This document shows, piece after piece, positions 39,294 through 53,370 of a DNA stretch of 64,000 nucleotides; the first letter of the stretch is position 1; the number at the start of each line of letters is the position of its first letter. Below the pieces are notes generated by a model. The model was given only the letters and a program-made list of their open reading frames with translations, searched no databases and was not told the origin of the DNA. The translations under genes and the position numbers were made by a program. Location of the stretch: the NCBI GenBank assembly GCA_951406725.2, contig OX597823.1, positions 91,016,001 through 91,080,000 on the forward strand, written 5' to 3'. This stretch comes from Octopus vulgaris (lineage: Eukaryota).

Positions 39294-40039
39294 TGTGTGT
39301 CTGTATTTGTCCCCTCCACTATTGCTTGACAACTGATGTTTGTGTGTTCACATCCCGCTAACTTAGCAGTTTGGCAAAAGTCACTGATAGAATAAGTACT
39401 AGGCTTACAAGGAATAAATGCTGGGGTCAATTTATTCGACTAAAAGCGGTGCTCCATCATGGTCACAGTCAAATGACTGAACCAAACAAAAGAGCAGAGT
39501 GACAAATCTTGTTCCTCGGAGAGTCTATATCTAAAACTATACACATCTTTACAAAAGTCTGCTGTTGTTAGGATTTATGAGATGAACACCCTCCTCATCT
39601 ATTTTTAACTCATTCCATTCACCAATTCAACCCCCCCCCAACTGCAACATCTCTTCTGAATTGTGAGTAGCCATGTCTTTCCTCTACAGCAAGAAACTTG
39701 TTCTGCTTTGGTCCTTCTTTCATGTTTCAGCCCTTCGTCTCCTAGCTTAAAGATCCCTCTCTTGGAGTCTGTGGTTCTTCTATCTGCATAAGAACTATAC
39801 TAGTGCTGGTGCCATGAAAACAGCACTCACTTAAAGCTGTTGGCATTAAAAATGGTTTCTAGTCGTAGAAACCATGCCAAACTAGACAGTGGACTATTGC
39901 GCAGTCCTTAGACTTCTTTGATCTTGTCAAATCATCCAACTCATGCCAACATGCATCATCATCATCGTCATCATCATCATCATCATCATCATCGTCATCA
40001 TCATCCTCATCATCATCATCGTCATCGTCATCATCATTG

Positions 40040-40109
<70 letters not shown>

Positions 40110-41123
40110 TCACACCATCATCATCATCATTCTCATCATCATCCTTATTGTCATCATCCTCATCATCATCATCATCATTGTCATCATCATCATCATCATC
40201 ATTGTCATCATCATTATCATCATCGTTATTGTCATCGTCATCGTCATCGTCATTGTCATCATCATCATCATCATCACCATCACTATCGTCGTCATCATCA
40301 TCATCATCAACATCATTATCATCATCCTCGTCATAATCATCATCATCATCATCATTCTCATTGTTGTCATCATTTAACGTCTGTTTTCCATACTGGTTTA
40401 GTTAGTTGACAGGAGGTGGTGAGCCAGAGAACTGCACCAGGCTCCATTTGTCTGTTTTGGCATCGTTTCTTTGGCTGCATGTCCTTCCCAATGCCAACCA
40501 CTTTAACAGAGTGTACTGGGTGATTTCTATGTGGGACCAGCATCATTGCTTTTTACACAGCATTGGCACCAATGCTTTTTCCATGGCACCGGGACCAATA
40601 TATTTTATGAGGCACCAGCACTGGTGCTTTTGCATTGCACCATCACTGACAGCGTCACTACACACCTTGCATTACAAAAAAAGGCAAAACCAGGATATTG
40701 AACGATCATGAGGGTGTATGTGTGTGTGTGCATGTGTGTGTACACACACGCATATATGAATATATGTATCTATACTCACATGCATATATCTGTATGTGTG
40801 TGTTGAGGTTTGTTTCTATGTATATAATTTTACTTACTGAACTAGAAAGAGTGAAGAGTGGAGAGAAAGTTAAAACCATTTTTAAAAATTGAAATACAAA
40901 ATACAAACAAAAAAAATTACTTTTTCTATAAAATAATTGAAATTTGTCTTCATTTTATGATGGAACTAAATCAAACACACAAAAAAAAAAAAAATTATAT
41001 ATACATATATATATATATGTGTGTGCACGCATATATATATATATATATATATATGCATACATATACATATATATATATATACATATATATACATACATAT
41101 ATATATACATATATTTATAAAAT

Positions 41124-41390
41124 GGCCTAGTCATCCTTATTGTAAACCAGGTAGTTCATGATGGAGTCATACCCAATGACTGGCGTAGCGGCACCATAGT
41201 CAACTGCTACAAGGGTAAGGGTAATGCTCTAGATAGAAGTAGGTGGCCCTGCTCGATCTGTAGAAAAGATGTAGGTAGAAACTCCATAAGATGTACCCAG
41301 TATAATCTATGAACACATGAGCGGTGTAGCAACATCAAAGGAAGATGGAGTGTAAGCACCCTGAGAGAAATGTTGGACATAAGAAGCATC
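41124..41390 (+). pseudogene. Internally deleted RTE-clade LINE fragments
   Basis: GVIPNDWRSGTIVNCYKGKGNALDR (pre-RT region) is joined to RWPCSICRKDVGRNSIRCTQ..H.RCSNIKG (PHD-like zinc finger) and then SVSTLREMLDIRSI. Confidence 0.75.
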
Positions 41391-41610
41391 AACCGATCGT
41401 AGCTGTTGCCAACCTCCTCTGGCCCCTGTGCTGGTGGCACATAAGAAGCATCCACTACACTCATGGAGTGGTTGGCATTAGGAAGAGCATCCAGCTGTAG
41501 AAACACTGCCAAGACAGACTGGAGCCTGGTGCAGCCTCCATGGCTTACCAGACACCGGTCGAACAGTCCAACCCATGCTAGCATGGAAAACGATGATGAT
41601 GATGATGATG

Positions 41611-41659
<49 letters not shown>

Positions 41660-41674
41660 TACATATATGTATAT

Positions 41675-41721
<47 letters not shown>

Positions 41722-41742
41722 CATATATACATACATGTATAT

Positions 41743-41781
<39 letters not shown>

Positions 41782-42055
41782 TGATTACTTTCATAAGTGT
41801 GAGAGGAGGTGAAAAAAATAGCTGTTGTCGAAGTTTGAAATAAATTTATTATTTGACTGCTAAATTTATTTTTTCATCTATCATGAATTATGGTAGCCAT
41901 GTTGAGAGACACCCAAATTCCATGGTTGACTGAATTGATATTGAATAGCTTCTTTGTATTATTAATAAATTTGTGTGTGTATGTGCACATGTATGTGTGT
42001 GTTATGTGTGCACACACGTGTGTATATATGTTTGCACACAACTCCCGCCCACACA

Positions 42056-42096
<41 letters not shown>

Positions 42097-43059
42097 GCGC
42101 ACAAATGTAAGAGTGTAGTACTCAACACATTTGGTAAGAATTACAGATATTTTTAATAACAGTTTAACTCACATGACTTAGTTTTGTTGCTGTGTCAAGC
42201 AGGTCTATCTCATCAGGCACTAGGTAAAGAATGGGTGTTTCGAGAAAAATTAAAGCTGGCATCTAGCTTTATAGACCTTTATTGGCATGCTCAGGTCACA
42301 TGATAATAAGTATCAGCATCTATTTACTTCAGTTTTAGGTCTCTGTGTATGGACAAAATTTTGATGGAGCACTGGCTTCATTTTGGCAACAGACTGTAGC
42401 ATAGAGTATTCAGTAACATCAGTTTCTTGTATTGAGTACTGCACATTGTGAGGTGAGATCTTGGCATGTGTCAATCATCAATTAGAGGAATATGAATACA
42501 TTAGTGGCAGCAATCTTTAAATGGCAGTAACCAAATTTGATTTTGTTGGATTACATTTGAGGCTGCATGATCAAGACAGACGAGCATAACCAAGACTGAT
42601 AGTCTACATGTGCAGCAGGGATTAAATACCCTGTCCTTGTGTGTTGGACATCTATACCTAGGGTGGCATATCTGGATTGTCACCTGCTAGAGGCCTGATG
42701 CTCATTATCAGAATGTGCCTCTGGTGGTTACAATAATTTATTCTTTCTATTGTTGGATACTACAGATTGGTGGAACATGCATAGTATCTCACAAAGGCAG
42801 TTGGACATTGTGAGTGCGGAGGGGCACTGTTTGTAATATTCCATTTGTTGTTGGGTCAGTCATTTCAATGGTCTTCTATCTATCCTGACGATGTAGGACA
42901 GAGAAGGAGAATTTTTCCCATCTCTGCACCTCAAGGAGTGCATGTGCTGTGTATACCTTCTCTTAAACTTATATATACATATAAATTTAATAGCAGTCAC
43001 AAAAGTGACAGCAGGTACTGACTAACACCACTTTTGTTAAATGCCCCAAAAGCAGTCTG

Positions 43060-43120
<61 letters not shown>

Positions 43121-43192
43121 TTGTTTGTCTGTCTATATATATATCCTTTTATTCTTTTATATATTTCAGCCTAGAGGGCATGGTCATGCTGG

Positions 43193-43227
<35 letters not shown>

Positions 43228-43569
43228 GCATACATATTATAGTTTACCACATGAATTACATTTTGCCAAAAAGGTAATTAAAGGCATAAAGCTGGTTGTG
43301 ATTTCACTGAATGTTAGCTTTGAAGATTTGGTATGAATGGTAACTGAGTAGACTGGTTCTTTGGCTGAACAATTTCTAAATGGACCAAGAGATTCCTCAC
43401 AGAATGGTAATAAATGTGATGTAGAAAAAGCAATTTGGTGCAATGCATTATATGTCATTAGTGTCAGTCTTTGTGGTAGGCAAGGATGGAGACAAACTGG
43501 GTGGAGTATTAAATATGGCTGAGTGACATGAATTAATGATAAACTCTGGATTGACAAACAAGTATTAAA

Positions 43570-44200
43570 TATATCAAATTGTTGCCTGTAAGATAAATGT
43601 AGGACCTACAATAGATACATTACATATCCCATCTAGAAGGATATGCCTCTTCAGGAACAAGAGATATCCATTAAATACCGGATGAACAAGTGGGACAAAG
43701 ATTCCATTAAACCTTCACATTGTGATAAAAATGTTGGTTCTGTTATTTCAGTGGGGAAGACATTACACACATCATCAGCAGCTGCCAGAAAATGTCTATA
43801 AGATACTGCTTGCCTCTGAGGCACGATATAGTTGCAAAGACTATTTACAGTGTTAACAGTAGGAAGAATTGACCTGACGTATACATGAAAGGCATATCAG
43901 AACCAGCAGGTATTCATACCTTTAAAAACAAGGAATTCTGGTGGAACACGCCAATAAAAGTAGTAATTCAGTGCAAATGGAAGAGACCGGATATTGATCT
44001 GTAGGACAGAGAAGAAAAGTCATGCTCTGTTGTAGAGGTCACCTGCAAAGAGGATGTGAATGGACAGTCAAAAGTTGAAGAAAAAGAGAACATTTATGGT
44101 GAATTAATGTCGAACTCACAACCCACGTACCCTGACGATGAATTCTTGTTTGTACCCACCATCATAGGTGTATGAGGTTATGTATCAACAAATTTTCACA
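43570..44200 (+). pseudogene. Decayed HERO/NeSL-like non-LTR element, CCHC finger plus REL endonuclease
   Basis: HLEGYA..EQEI, KCWFC..EDITHIISSC..RHDIVAK and RPDI..VVEVTC..EEKENIYGEL..FVPTIIG, with stops and frameshifts. Confidence 0.8.
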
Positions 44201-45014
44201 AAAACCTAGAAATCATCATCATTTAATGTCCATTTTCCATGCTGGCATGGAGTGGATAGTTCCACTGGGGTCTGGGAAGCCAGGAGGCTGCACCAGGCCC
44301 CAGTCTGATCTAGCAGTGTTTCTCCAGCTGGATGCCCTTCCTAACATCAACCACTCTGAGAGTGTAGTGGGTGCTTTTTATGTGCCACCATCACAGGGGC
44401 CAGAGGAGCTGGCATCGGCCATGATCGGATGGTGTTTTTTACATGCCAGTGGCATGGAAGCCAGTACAAGGCAGCGCTGGCATCGGCCAGTGTATAAATA
44501 CCTATGTGTATGTCTATGTGGAGAGAGGAAAAGGAAGAAAAAAAGCTAGTGGTGTAGAAAGAGATAGAGAGAGACAGAGAAAGAAAGAGAAAGAAAGAGA
44601 GAGAGAGAGCGCGAGAGAGATAGGTTCAGACAGATAGAGCTTAGATAAGTGAATAGATAAATAGAACAATAATAAAACAGATATCATTAAATAATCTCCT
44701 TGGCATGTGGATTATTGCAAGCTTCTCCATGTGTGTGACTGCATGTGTGTGCATTTTTGTATGTGTGTGTGTATTTCTCTGTGTGTGTGTGTGTGTATTT
44801 CTATGTGTGATGTGTGTGTAATGAATATTTCATCAAATAATATATTTATCGTGGTAATGCGTTATTTGTTTATACATGTGTAAATATTTACACCAAGATA
44901 TGTGTACACAACAAAACACATGTGACTTAATAATATCTCTCTCCAGATATACAAAACATGTGTGCATGTGTGTATGTATACAGGTGTGTATGCATATATA
45001 AGCATATGTCTGTA

Positions 45015-45066
<52 letters not shown>

Positions 45067-45308
45067 TATATATATATTCATAATGAATGTGAGGATATAT
45101 GTATATATGTGTATATGTATGTGCATGTGTGTGTGTATATATATATACATATATTTATATATGTTTATCTATGTATATGAATGCGTATGCATATATATGT
45201 CTGTATATACATGCTTGAATTTATAAGTATATATGCTTATGTATGTTTATGTAAGTATTTATGTTTATGTATGTTTATATTTATGCATGTATATATATAT
45301 ATCTATAC

Positions 45309-45400
<92 letters not shown>

Positions 45401-45428
45401 GTATGTATATGTGTATATAAATATACAA

Positions 45429-45470
<42 letters not shown>

Positions 45471-46522
45471 ATGAATGTGCAATCATATAATCATATAATT
45501 TTATGTAATTTGTTAATAAATAATTGTGCACAGATGTATGCATGTCTGCATGCACCATACACTAAACACACACACACACACGCATGTTTGTGCATGCGTC
45601 CATCATACATCACCTTGGCAACTATCAAATTAATCTCCTGAGTTTATTTCACACCTTCTCTGATCGCTCCTAAGTTGCTATCAATTCTAGTTTGATCTGA
45701 AAATCATAGTGACTAATCAATCATCATTAGTGATTCCCAGAATCCGATCTCTTCGACAATGTCTTCACTGCCATCGTCTTCATAGAACAGCTGCCACCAT
45801 CATAATTTTCTCTTCCATTTTCGCTATATTTTCTATGATTTCTTGTAATATTTATTTGAGGCCTTTTACAGAGAAGAGGAAATTGGTTGTGTATGCATAT
45901 GTGTTTATGAGAGAGAGAGAGGGGGGGATGGGAAGAGGAAGAGAGGGAAAGGAGGGGGAGAAAAAAAGAGAGAGTGAAAGGGAGGGAGAGAGAGAAAGAG
46001 AGAGAGAAAGGGAGAAAGAGAGAAAGGGAGGAAGAGAGAGAGAAAGAGAGAGAGAAAGGGAGCAAGAGAGAGAGGGAGAGAGAGTGAGAGAAAGGGAGGG
46101 AGAGAGAGAGGGAGGGAAAGAGTGAGAGGGAGAGAGGGAGGGAAAGAGAGAGAGAGAGAGAGATAAGGAGAGGGAGGGGAGGGAGAGCAAAGGAGAGCGG
46201 TGGAGAAAGTGGTGGGGAGAGAGAGGTGGAGAATGTGGTAGTGGAGGGGAGAGAAGGAGAGTACGTTCAGGAGAGGGGCATAGGGTGTGGAGGAGCGATG
46301 GGGAGAGAAAGAAAGATAGAGGAAGAGAGAGGAGAGGGGTGTCAGAGTGAGAGAAAGGGCATAAGGTAGAGAGAGAGAGAAAATGGGTGTGGAGAAAGAG
46401 AGATTGAATGGGTACAGGGAAGAGAGAGGAAGAGAGGGGATGAGAGAGGCTGCATTAGCTGTTGACTGGTACACATTTACAGCTAAGTAGACTGGGGCAA
46501 TGTAAATTGCTTAAATATACAA

Positions 46523-46560
<38 letters not shown>

Positions 46561-46562
<2 letters not shown>

Positions 46563-47116
46563 GCCCTGATGCAGTACCAGGCAGTGGCTCTCATGGCTTC
46601 TGATCTTAACTGATTGGAAGTGTTATCATGTACATTGTTTTGTCTTGGTATAAAAGATGGGCTACAGCAAATATTCTGCTCAATACCACAGATTTGCTTG
46701 TCAGTTGTTTGACCTTAACCAGTTGAGCATGTCCCTTAGTGGCTGACGATGTGTGCATCTCTGATCATGAGCAGAAGTAGTGGGGGAGCATCATAGCCAT
46801 GTGTTGAGAGGGATTCTTTGTGGTTTGAATAGCTCACCTCTGGAAACATGGGTGATTCTTTCAACATCCTTAAGCAACCCTTATTCAGGGACCGTTTGAG
46901 TGGGATGGGCTACTCAACCTGAAGAAAATTCTAACTGGGCCCCACCTGCAAGGTCATGTGCTGTTTATCTTGATATGAGATCACCATGTCGCGCACATAT
47001 GGTTGTGATGCATGTGCCTGGTGTGCCTTTATCAGACGGGTAGTCATGATGGGTATATTGGGCTTTGTATATTTTACCCCATTGTCACTTTGATGGCATG
47101 AACTGCTCTCTCACTC
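46561..47116 (+). mobile_element. Family D element, copy 3
   Basis: Reverse complement of 7190-7745; (AAT)n on both flanks. A 3'-end-only fragment lies at about 56312-56348. Confidence 0.9.
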
Positions 47117-47128
47117 AATAATAATAAC

Positions 47129-47160
<32 letters not shown>

Positions 47161-47169
47161 TGATAATAA

Positions 47170-47321
47170 TAACATCGAAAATTACTTTAGGAATGAGAAC
47201 CCAGGTTCGAAATTTCCCCAAGACACCTGATGAAGGCTGGAGGGTTTATCAGCTGAAACGTTGTTTTAACAACAAACAAGATGAGGACAAATATCCGTCA
47301 AATGTAAATAATGTGCATAAT
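47170..47321 (+). mobile_element. Headless copy of the tRNA-HHR element with an intact HHR core (47222-47266)
   Basis: ACAC | CTGATGA | aGGCTG gagggtttat CAGCT | GAAA | CG TT^ | GTTT. Confidence 0.85.
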
Positions 47322-47723
47322 GTATGATACACTTTTGTACGTATGCAAGATATTAACAGTTAAGTGTAATAAATGCATGGAAATGATATTTATTTGTATG
47401 GTCATTCTTGCTCACAATTGCAGTCTCTCGCTTAATTGCTTATTATCGACAACATAATAATGACCCCCAACAGATTGGAACTAAATACAGTAATGTGTTA
47501 AGCCTGATTCTCTATTGATTCAACATCAAAACACCAGTGGCAACAACAACATCATATCTGGAATTATTTTTACTGTCTTTTCACGCAACAGTTGTTTACT
47601 GTCAATTCATTAATGCATAGAATAACATACCTGTTCACTCTTAATATGTTCTGCAAGATTCGAGTGTGAATATGCTGGTCACTGTTGTTTTCCATCATCA
47701 GAGAACACTGCCTCCCTTTCGAC

Positions 47724-47911
47724 CAGCAGTTCTCAACTGGGGTCCATATTAAGATTTTGTTGTCAGAGTCCACATGCACTAAATTAGTTATCCTTCTGTG
47801 ATACACAAAATATTTTAACAACTTTTTAAACATTAAATGGCTATGAGGGCCCAGAAGAGTCAAACAGAAATCAAAAAGGTGCATTGGTAGGGAAAGGGTT
47901 GAGAAGCACTG
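47724..47911. mobile_element. hAT (Charlie-like) MITE
   Basis: TIRs CAGCAGTTCTCAAC / GTTGAGAAGCACTG; degenerate 8-bp TSD CTTTCGAC / CTTCTGAC. Confidence 0.7.
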
Positions 47912-48978
47912 CTTCTGACAATTTGTGTTCCTTACACACATGATTTACTGGTGTAAGGGGAATTTGAGACACTGTGTTGTTTCAACCCTAATTTATGTCT
48001 TATCAGTCAACATCACTTTGACGTACTGATGAAGCTAACAAGAGCAGAAGCTCCAGTGTGTAGAGGGAATCAACAAATGAATTGCTTACTGATGTCTGCC
48101 AAAATGGATAATAATTCATTGGGTTCACATAGAACTCTTTTACTCTCTTACTTGTTTCAGTTAGTTGACTGCGGCCATGCTGGAGCACTGCCTTTAGTCG
48201 AACAAATCGATCCCAAGATTTATTCTTTGTAAGCCTAGTATTTATTCTATCGGTATCTTTTGCTGAACTGCTTAGTTATGGGGACATAAACACACCGACA
48301 TTGACTGTCAAGTGATGGTGGAGAGACAAACACACACACACACAAGCACACACACACACGCACACACATATATGATGGGCTTCTTTCTACCAAATCCACT
48401 TAGAAGGCTTTGAGGCTATAGTAGAAGATGTCCAAGGTGCCACGCCTTGGGATTGAACCCAGAACCATTTGGATGGGAAGCAAGCTTCAGCTATTTGTTC
48501 TTCATATGTTTGGTAGATTCGATGTGTTTCATCAATGGAAAACGCTTCTTTCTTTTGGTCGATGTCTGTTCATAATACATGTGATTCACCAGTGTACAAG
48601 GACTTTGAAACACTAGTGTTTCACCCTTATGTGTCTCATCAATCATAGCTACCCCACCAGGCTGATGAAGCTAACAAGAATATTTGCTTCCGTTTGTAGA
48701 AACAGCAAAGAAATTACTTGCTACTGTCTGTGCACAGAACAGCAAGAATCCAAACAATAATGTGTTTTAGGCAGATTTAGGAATGGTCTCAAGGACACTT
48801 GAATTTCTTTCATGTTTTTCCTTTTTGTATTAAAAGTAAATAGGAAACTCTTGATGTATTACACAAACCATGAATAAAAATTGCTTCTGATTTTGGTACA
48901 GAGCAAGCAATTTTTTCTGGGAATGGGTCGGAGTAGAGATTGTCAAGTGATGGTGGGGAGACAAACACAAACACACAA

Positions 48979-49025
<47 letters not shown>

Positions 49026-50763
49026 CACGCACACACGCATACACGCACACGTACACACACACACACATGCACACACACACACAAACACACACACACACGC
49101 ACACACATATATGATGGGCTTCTTTCTACCAAATCCACTCAGAAGGCTTTGAGGCTATAGTAGAAGGCACTTGTCCAAGGTGCCATGCAGTAGGATTGAA
49201 CCCAGAACCATGTGGTTCGGAAGTATGTAACTGGTACTTTACTTTATTGACCTTGAAAGAATAAAAAGTAAAGTCCACCCTGGTTTGATTTGAACTCTGA
49301 ATATAAAAACTCAATATCAATGTTGGTGCTTTACTGATACTGTCAGTCTGCTACAGTTGATCACCATCATCATCATTGTTTAACATCTGCTTTCCATGCT
49401 GGCATGGGTTGGATGGTTTGACTAAGGACTGGCAAGCCAGAAGGCTGCACCAGGCTCCAATCTGATCTGGCAAAGTTTCTACAGCTGGATGCCCTTCCTA
49501 ACAGCAACCACTCCGAGAGTGTAGTGGGTGCTTTTATGAGCCACCGGCACGAGGACCAGTCAGGCGGTACTGGCAATGACCACGCTCAAAAGGTGTTTTT
49601 TACATGCTACTTGCACAGAAGCCAGTCTGGCGGCACTGGCAATGACCACACTTGAATGTTGTTTTTCACATGCCACCGGCACATGTGCTGGTAAGGTGAC
49701 ACTGGCACTGATGATGCTTGGATGGTGCTTTTTACGTGCCCCCAGCATGGAAGCCAATCCGTGGCCCTGGCAATGATCAACGATCTCTGAATATAAAAAC
49801 TCAATACCAATGTTGGTGCATTACTGACACTATCAATCTGCTACAATTCCTCATCATCATCATCATCATCATCATTTAACGTCTGCTTTCCATGCTAGCA
49901 TGGGTTAGACGATTTGACTGAGGTCTGGCGAACCAGACTTCAATCTGATCTGGCAGAGTTTCTACAGTTGATGAATAATAATAATAATAATAATAATTGG
50001 GTAATAATAATAATTGGCTAGGGGCTAGTCAAGTACACCAATCACTTGTACTCCACTGGTACTTACTTTATTGAAAGGATGAAAGGTAAAGTGACCCTTG
50101 GCAGAATTTGAACTCACAATGTGAAGCCGGAAGAAATGCTGCTAAGAATTTTGTCTGTCGCAGTAATAATTCTACCATTAATAATAATAACTTTTGGAAT
50201 TTGGGGGTGAAAAGCTTAATTACAGATCATGTAATTCTGTAATTATCAGTTTATTTAGGCTGAAAACTCTAAAAAAATCCCACCATAGTAACATTGCTGT
50301 AGCAAAGCTAAGAATTGTATAAACATTATTGGTTTCTGTTATTGTTGTGTTGACAGAATTTATGTTTCTGGACATTTTTAACAGCAATTCCCCAAACTTC
50401 CATTTCGTTAAGGATGGTATTTTGAACATTAATGTAATCATTCATTAATTTCTGAGATATTAATGGGAGTTAGACGTCCCTGCGGTGAACAGATTGAGGA
50501 TAATTTGCAAAAAGAAATGAAATAAAACAAAATGTCATTTCGCTCTAGTTTATCGCGTGTGGCAACCTGTCTTAGCAAGGGGTGAGACAACCTGAGCAAT
50601 TGGTAAATAATTTATAGAGGAATAATTTTTTTTTTTTAGTTTTTGTTCAGTCTGTGCCCCCAACCACATAGCTTTCCTGTGAATGTGTGCAGGAGCGTAC
50701 ACACGAGCATGTGTGTGTGGTGTTCATGTCTATGTGTGCTTGCAACCTGTGTCTATGTGTGTA

Positions 50764-50837
<74 letters not shown>

Positions 50838-51365
50838 TGTGTGTGTGTGTGTATTTCTATGTGTGTGTGTCTGTTTATTTAACTGGCTGTTACATTTTAA
50901 TCAATGCATATAGTTTTATGCTTGTGGTTATTGACAAAGCAATCATCATCCGTTCGTATCACATGTCCACGCCGACCTAACCATTTCACCAATATAGTCC
51001 GACTGATGTCATTAATTTCCAACCACACCCACAACTCATTTATTCCCCCCACCTTTGTTCACGTTAACAATACACAAAATAAATATTGAGTTCACCTCAT
51101 TTGTTCCCAGCTTTTGTAGATAATTCATGTGCACCACACATGTATAACTGTTATGCATCAATCACCACATTTCTTTTGATGCATGGACAGAGAAACGAGT
51201 TGTCATTAAATGACTATGGCTCGTTTAATAAAGACACTTTTAAAAACGGATCCCATGATTATATTCACCAGTTTTTTTTATTCAAGAAACTATGCTTTTT
51301 TTATAGCCAACCCCTCATCCTTAAACATATCACCTTGGTAACATAAACTATAAACCACATCTTGG

Positions 51366-51683
51366 CAGTGGCAGACTGGCCTGGTTGCCAGCTTGCCCGA
51401 TCGCAAGAGGGCCCCTGCGCCATTAGAATCCATATATGCAGGCCCATGTTAGTATATAAGGGGCCCATACCCTCAAGTTTGAGAATTTTTTATTCACTCT
51501 TGGAAGAATACATTAATTATTTCAGCATGGTTGTGTTTGTAGACAGTTGGAAAGAATACTTTTAACAAAAAAAAAGAAAAATTAAATGATAGCATTGTAG
51601 TTAGGGGTGGGCCCCCTTGTAGATGTGGATGGGGCCCCCTTAGTCTTCTGGCAACCAATATTTTTAGACCCAGTCTTCCACTG
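51366..51683. mobile_element. hAT MITE
   Basis: TIRs CAGTGGCAGACTGG / CCAGTCTTCCACTG; 8-bp TSD CATCTTGG / CATCTAGG; internal GGGCCC motifs. Confidence 0.85.
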
Positions 51684-53059
51684 CATCTAGGGATCTATCT
51701 GGTAAAATCTAATAAATTCCTGATATTAAAAAATGGTTGTGCTCACTGTCAGAACTTTTAGAGTGCATTTATAGAATCTTAAGCTCTATTCTCTGTAAAC
51801 ACATCAGAGATCCTGTTACACCTGTAGAATTCTCATTATTTCCACTTAATACAAACTAACAGACACCTATTTATTTCCTCTCTTTTCAGTGATCATGCCC
51901 AGTCTTCTATTAATATGTAGTTTGGAATTTAACTTGTGGACAAGCTGTAGCTCAACTTGAAACTTTTGAACTATTGGTCATACTTCCTATGGAGAAAGCT
52001 TCAAGAAAATCAAGCATATAGCAGTCTCAAATATATTCGGTCTTATATCCTCAATAACTGGATTATGTAGAAGAGAGCTGGGGTGAGGATAGATCCATGG
52101 TGAACGCTAATCACAACACTAACGCCACCGTCTTTGTATTCAATGTAAATTTTAATTTTGCAAATAGGAAATCTACGGAACTCTTGAATGACTTTGATAA
52201 TCCGTTTATCAACCTTCAGCTCATTAGTGCTTTATTCCAGACTATGGAATAAAGGAAATTAATATTTTCACCAGATTGACAGACATTTAGGTGATAATTT
52301 GACATTTATTATCAAGCAATTAGAGTAATTAGACTGATTGGTTAGTTAAAGCAGACTTAGCTTTACAACAGCAGAACTGTTTCAATAAAATCTTGTTGAC
52401 ATCTTCAAAGGCAACGAGGATAGCTAAGATACTGTTTAGAGCCCAAGACTCTCATCTCTCTTTTGTCCGAGTCCTTAAATGTATTGGGAAGTTGCTGTTG
52501 TGACATGTTGCCCTCAAGTCTTTTTGCTTCATTGCAGCTACATGTCAGATGCCTGTGGTCTGACATGGAGATAGAGGTATAAAATACCTTCATATTACAC
52601 TTTCATCTTTTCCTCTCTCCACCTCCATTTGTCACAGCTAGGTGTCAGACCTCACGTATCCACTAATAATCAACCTGTCGATTCCTACATGTTTTCCTGT
52701 GTCTGCTCCCTTTCTTTTCCTCTTCACATTTCCATGAAAGATCAATTTATAAGAACCCTGGACTTTGTTGCTTTGTGTTACCATCTCAAGGCTTTTTTCT
52801 CCAGTGTGGTAAGAGAGCCTTCCTTGGGACCAATTGAATGTTGGATGGTCTCACAGAACTCTTCATTCATGATGTGATTCAGCTACAACATCCCTAGGAG
52901 TGATTCTCTTCTTTAAGTTTCATCCACTAATTTCAGGTTATATTAGAACACAAACTCAGCACAATCAACTTACAACCAAATTCTACCAAACGAACTTCTC
53001 AACAATTTACCAAGATCAATTCCATCTCTTGTAATAAGTCAGTTTTCTCTTTCTCCATC

Positions 53060-53370
53060 CATCCATGCATCGATTTTCACCACCCATTATTTCTGGGAGG
53101 GTCGTGGGTTAGGGTCCTATCAGAAGCAACCATCTTTAGATTTTTCAGTTGGATCCTCAAGTGTGACCAAATATAATTAAGGATATTACCCAGCCGTCTC
53201 ATTCTTGGTCCCCCTTCAGATCCCTTGCCAGTTGGCTTGGCTCAAAGAATCTGTTTTCTGATTGTTTGTGCGACATTCCAGTTACATGACCACAGTACTG
53301 AGGCTGTGATCTTTCAATGCAAAGTAGTGATGGCTCAATTCAGAGAGTCTCCCTGATCTCCAAGCTACAC
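53060..53370 (-). pseudogene. Decayed RTE LINE 3' end
   Basis: SLEIRETL*IEPSLLCIERSQPQYCGHV; related to 61420-61710. Confidence 0.65.

Noticed and set aside
46561-46640. HDV-like ribozyme at the 5' end of family D
   Set aside because: P1- and P4-like stems are possible, but there is no P1.1 GG/CC, L3 or catalytic J4/2 arrangement.
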